Shown piece after piece: positions 61,913 to 64,000 of a stretch of DNA of 64,000 nt; position 1 is the stretch's first letter; every line of letters starts with the position of its first letter. This stretch comes from Coxiellales bacterium. GTDB lineage: Bacteria > Pseudomonadota > Gammaproteobacteria > CBDETP01. Location: contig CBDETP010000010.1 of the NCBI GenBank assembly GCA_965242995.1, positions 60,458-124,457 on the forward strand, given 5' to 3'. Under the pieces are notes generated by a model. That model made no database searches. It was not told the origin of the DNA and saw only the letters and a program-made list of their open reading frames with translations. The position numbers were made by a program, and so were the translations under genes.

Positions 61913-63955
61913 TCAGCACACTACCTTTAGCTCAGTTCCATCTGGTTCTGGTGATGCACTACCTGCTGCTCCTACTGCTTCTGCTGCTGCTACAAAGAAT
62001 GTCGTTGTTGCTGCTGGTCTACCTGCTTCTGCCTCTTTTGGCTCTGGTTCTGGTGATGCTACTGCTTCTGGCGATGCTACTGGCTCTGGCTGTGCTGCTG
62101 CTACTTCTGGTTCTGGCTGTGCTTGTGCTTGTGCTTGTGCTTGTGCTTGCAAGGAATCTTTTAGCTTATTAAAGTTAATACCAACACTGTCGGGCGAAAA
62201 TATTTTCTGAATACTTGCCAGCACTCCTTCCAGTTTTGTATAAGCTAGTTCACACCCCCCAGCTAATGGAAAAAAACTTATTACTTTGTTTACTGAGTGG
62301 GTCTTAAAAACCTCGGCATAACTTTCTTCTGTTAAATTAGCTATAATTTCCTCAAGTACATTTTCAGAGTTAAATATTTTTCTTGATTCAGTTAGCGCCA
62401 ACAGTTTTTCCTGAATGTCTAAAGCGGCCTTCTGTCTTTCCTTTTTTCCCGTGTGTGTATTAATATAACTCTGCAGCTGATTCAGGGATTCTAGCACCTT
62501 AGCATAGACTTCCAACACCTCAGGATGGTCTTTTAAGCTCCTTGAAATAACATTGAGTAATGTGGGTATTCTAGGCTCAATAAAACCTGCAATTAATTCA
62601 ACTATATCCAGCGCGACACTTGCTGCTGGAGAACTGTTTTCTTTATTTCCTTCAGCAAGCCTGGGATTAAGGATTTTTGAAAATGCCAAGAGTGGTGATA
62701 ATCTCTCAAAAAAACTTGCTATAAACTTACGTTTAATATTATCAGGAAAGAGCTCAACGAGATGAAAATTGGAAGTTTTTTGTTGGTGCAAGGCAGAGCT
62801 TCTAAGAGCTTGTAGATGGCGCCGCCATTGATGTTGTTTACTATCGATATAAGCTTTAATAGCATCATAAGTAGGACCATCTCGTGCTATACGCAAAGGC
62901 GTATAGCCCTGTTTATCTACCGCATTAACCTTAGCTCCTGCCGCTAATAAAACCTGAACAACCGCTTCATAACCATATTTTGCTGCAAAAATCAAAGCCG
63001 ACCCGCCCCATAGATCTACCGCATCAACCAAAGCTCCTGCCGCTAATAAAAGCCTAACAACCGCTTCACAACCATTTCGTACTGCCCAGTGTAAAGGCGT
63101 TCTGCGATTTTGACTTACCGCATCAACATCAGCCCCTCCGTCTAATAAAGCTGCAACAACCGCTGCATGACCCCTGGATGCTGCCCAGTGTAAAGGCATT
63201 GCGCCATCACCATCTGTCGCATTAACACCTGCACCAATAGCTATATAGGCTTGAACTTTAACAATGTTATTCGATATTACCGCACTTCTTAATAATCCAT
63301 TTAAAATGTTTTGACAAAGCTCTCTTTCAACACTATCTTTTTTAAGTAATGTTATATCTGCCCCAGTTTCTAATAAAAGATCAACAACCGCTTCATAACC
63401 ATTTTCTGCTGCAAAAATCAAAGCCGACCCGCCCCATAGATCTACCGCATCAACCAAAGCTCCTGCCGCTAATAAAAGCCTAACAACCGCTTCACAACCA
63501 TTTCGTACTGCCCAGTGTAAAGGCGTTCTGCGATTTTGACTTACCGCATCAACATCAGCCCCTCCGTCTAATAAAGCTGCAACAATCGCTGCCTGACCAA
63601 TTGCTGCTGCCAAGTGTAAAGGCGTTTCGCCATCATCATCTGTCGCATTAACACCTGCACCAATAGCTATATAGGCTTGAACTTTAACAATGTTATTCGA
63701 TATTACCGCACTTCTTAATAATCCATTTAAAATGTTTTGACAAAGCTCTCTTTCAACACTATCTTTTTTAAGTAATTTTATATCTGCCCCAGCTTCTAAT
63801 AAAAGATCAACAACCGCTTTATAGCCATTTTTTGCTGCCCAGTGTAAAGGCGTGTAGCCATATTGATTTACCGCATCAACCAAAGCCCCTCCCGCTAATA
63901 AAGATTTAACAACCTCTGCATCACCCTTTTTTACTGCTTCGAATAGTTCATTCAT
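61913..63955 (-). CDS. Ankyrin-repeat protein, effector-like
   Basis: Repeated G.TPLH.AA..G...VV..LL..GA.V.A; unique middle domain; QA/PEPE low-complexity tail; AGAGG SD. Confidence 0.93.
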   Translation of the reverse strand: MNELFEAVKKGDAEVVKSLLAGGALVDAVNQYGYTPLHWAAKNGYKAVVDLLLEAGADIKLLKKDSVERELCQNILNGLLRSAVISNNIVKVQAYIAIGAGVNATDDDGETPLHLAAAIGQAAIVAALLDGGADVDAVSQNRRTPLHWAVRNGCEAVVRLLLAAGALVDAVDLWGGSALIFAAENGYEAVVDLLLETGADITLLKKDSVERELCQNILNGLLRSAVISNNIVKVQAYIAIGAGVNATDGDGAMPLHWAASRGHAAVVAALLDGGADVDAVSQNRRTPLHWAVRNGCEAVVRLLLAAGALVDAVDLWGGSALIFAAKYGYEAVVQVLLAAGAKVNAVDKQGYTPLRIARDGPTYDAIKAYIDSKQHQWRRHLQALRSSALHQQKTSNFHLVELFPDNIKRKFIASFFERLSPLLAFSKILNPRLAEGNKENSSPAASVALDIVELIAGFIEPRIPTLLNVISRSLKDHPEVLEVYAKVLESLNQLQSYINTHTGKKERQKAALDIQEKLLALTESRKIFNSENVLEEIIANLTEESYAEVFKTHSVNKVISFFPLAGGCELAYTKLEGVLASIQKIFSPDSVGINFNKLKDSLQAQAQAQAQAQPEPEVAAAQPEPVASPEAVASPEPEPKEAEAGRPAATTTFFVAAAEAVGAAGSASPEPDGTELKVVC
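62957..63830 (-). repeat. 426-bp tandem duplication in ankyrin gene
   Basis: Near-identical sequence at offset 426 (62957/63383, 63372/63798). Confidence 0.9.
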
Positions 63956-64000
63956 TTTTTTCCTCTTTTATGTTATTTGTTTATTACTTTTCGCATATCA

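Noticed and set aside
61913-61930. CaaX prenylation motif at ankyrin C-terminus (KVVC)
   Set aside because: Cys is terminal rather than at position -4
61899-62210. Plus-strand low-complexity ORFs (CACACA, poly-Leu)
   Set aside because: Antisense of the QA/PEPE tail of the ankyrin gene

Overview
AT-rich gammaproteobacterial chromosome segment, most consistent with a Coxiellaceae/Legionellales-type intracellular bacterium (Lys/Ala-rich histone-like protein next to adk, ankyrin and DUF4116 repeat proteins, three exact PmrA-type cTTAA-N2-TT-N2-cTTAA boxes). Housekeeping blocks: tpiA-secG-tRNA-Leu-nuoABCD', waaA, rpsP-rimM-trmD-rplS, parE (three +1 homopolymer frameshifts), a SUF Fe-S operon carrying an extra alpha/beta hydrolase, aceE-aceF-lpdA, adk and ffh. 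An accessory region at about 23-43.6 kb holds an orphan lipoprotein, IS1380 and IS200/605 relics, two Rpn nucleases with internal RpnS-like starts, and a dense set of resistance-family genes (APH(6)-like kinase, 3 Bcr/CflA MFS pumps, ABC exporter, 2 GNATs, class A beta-lactamase with S130T, ABC-F with a putative uORF attenuator). The window ends with two effector-like repeat genes that share a 3' module. Best leads: PmrA-type boxes with identical promoter geometry on efflux genes and an effector-like gene; a DUF4116 protein with a 1344-bp duplication whose near-identical flanks enclose a hypervariable cassette; the ABC-F leader; unannotated small ORFs. All family calls are by motif recognition only; no searches were run.
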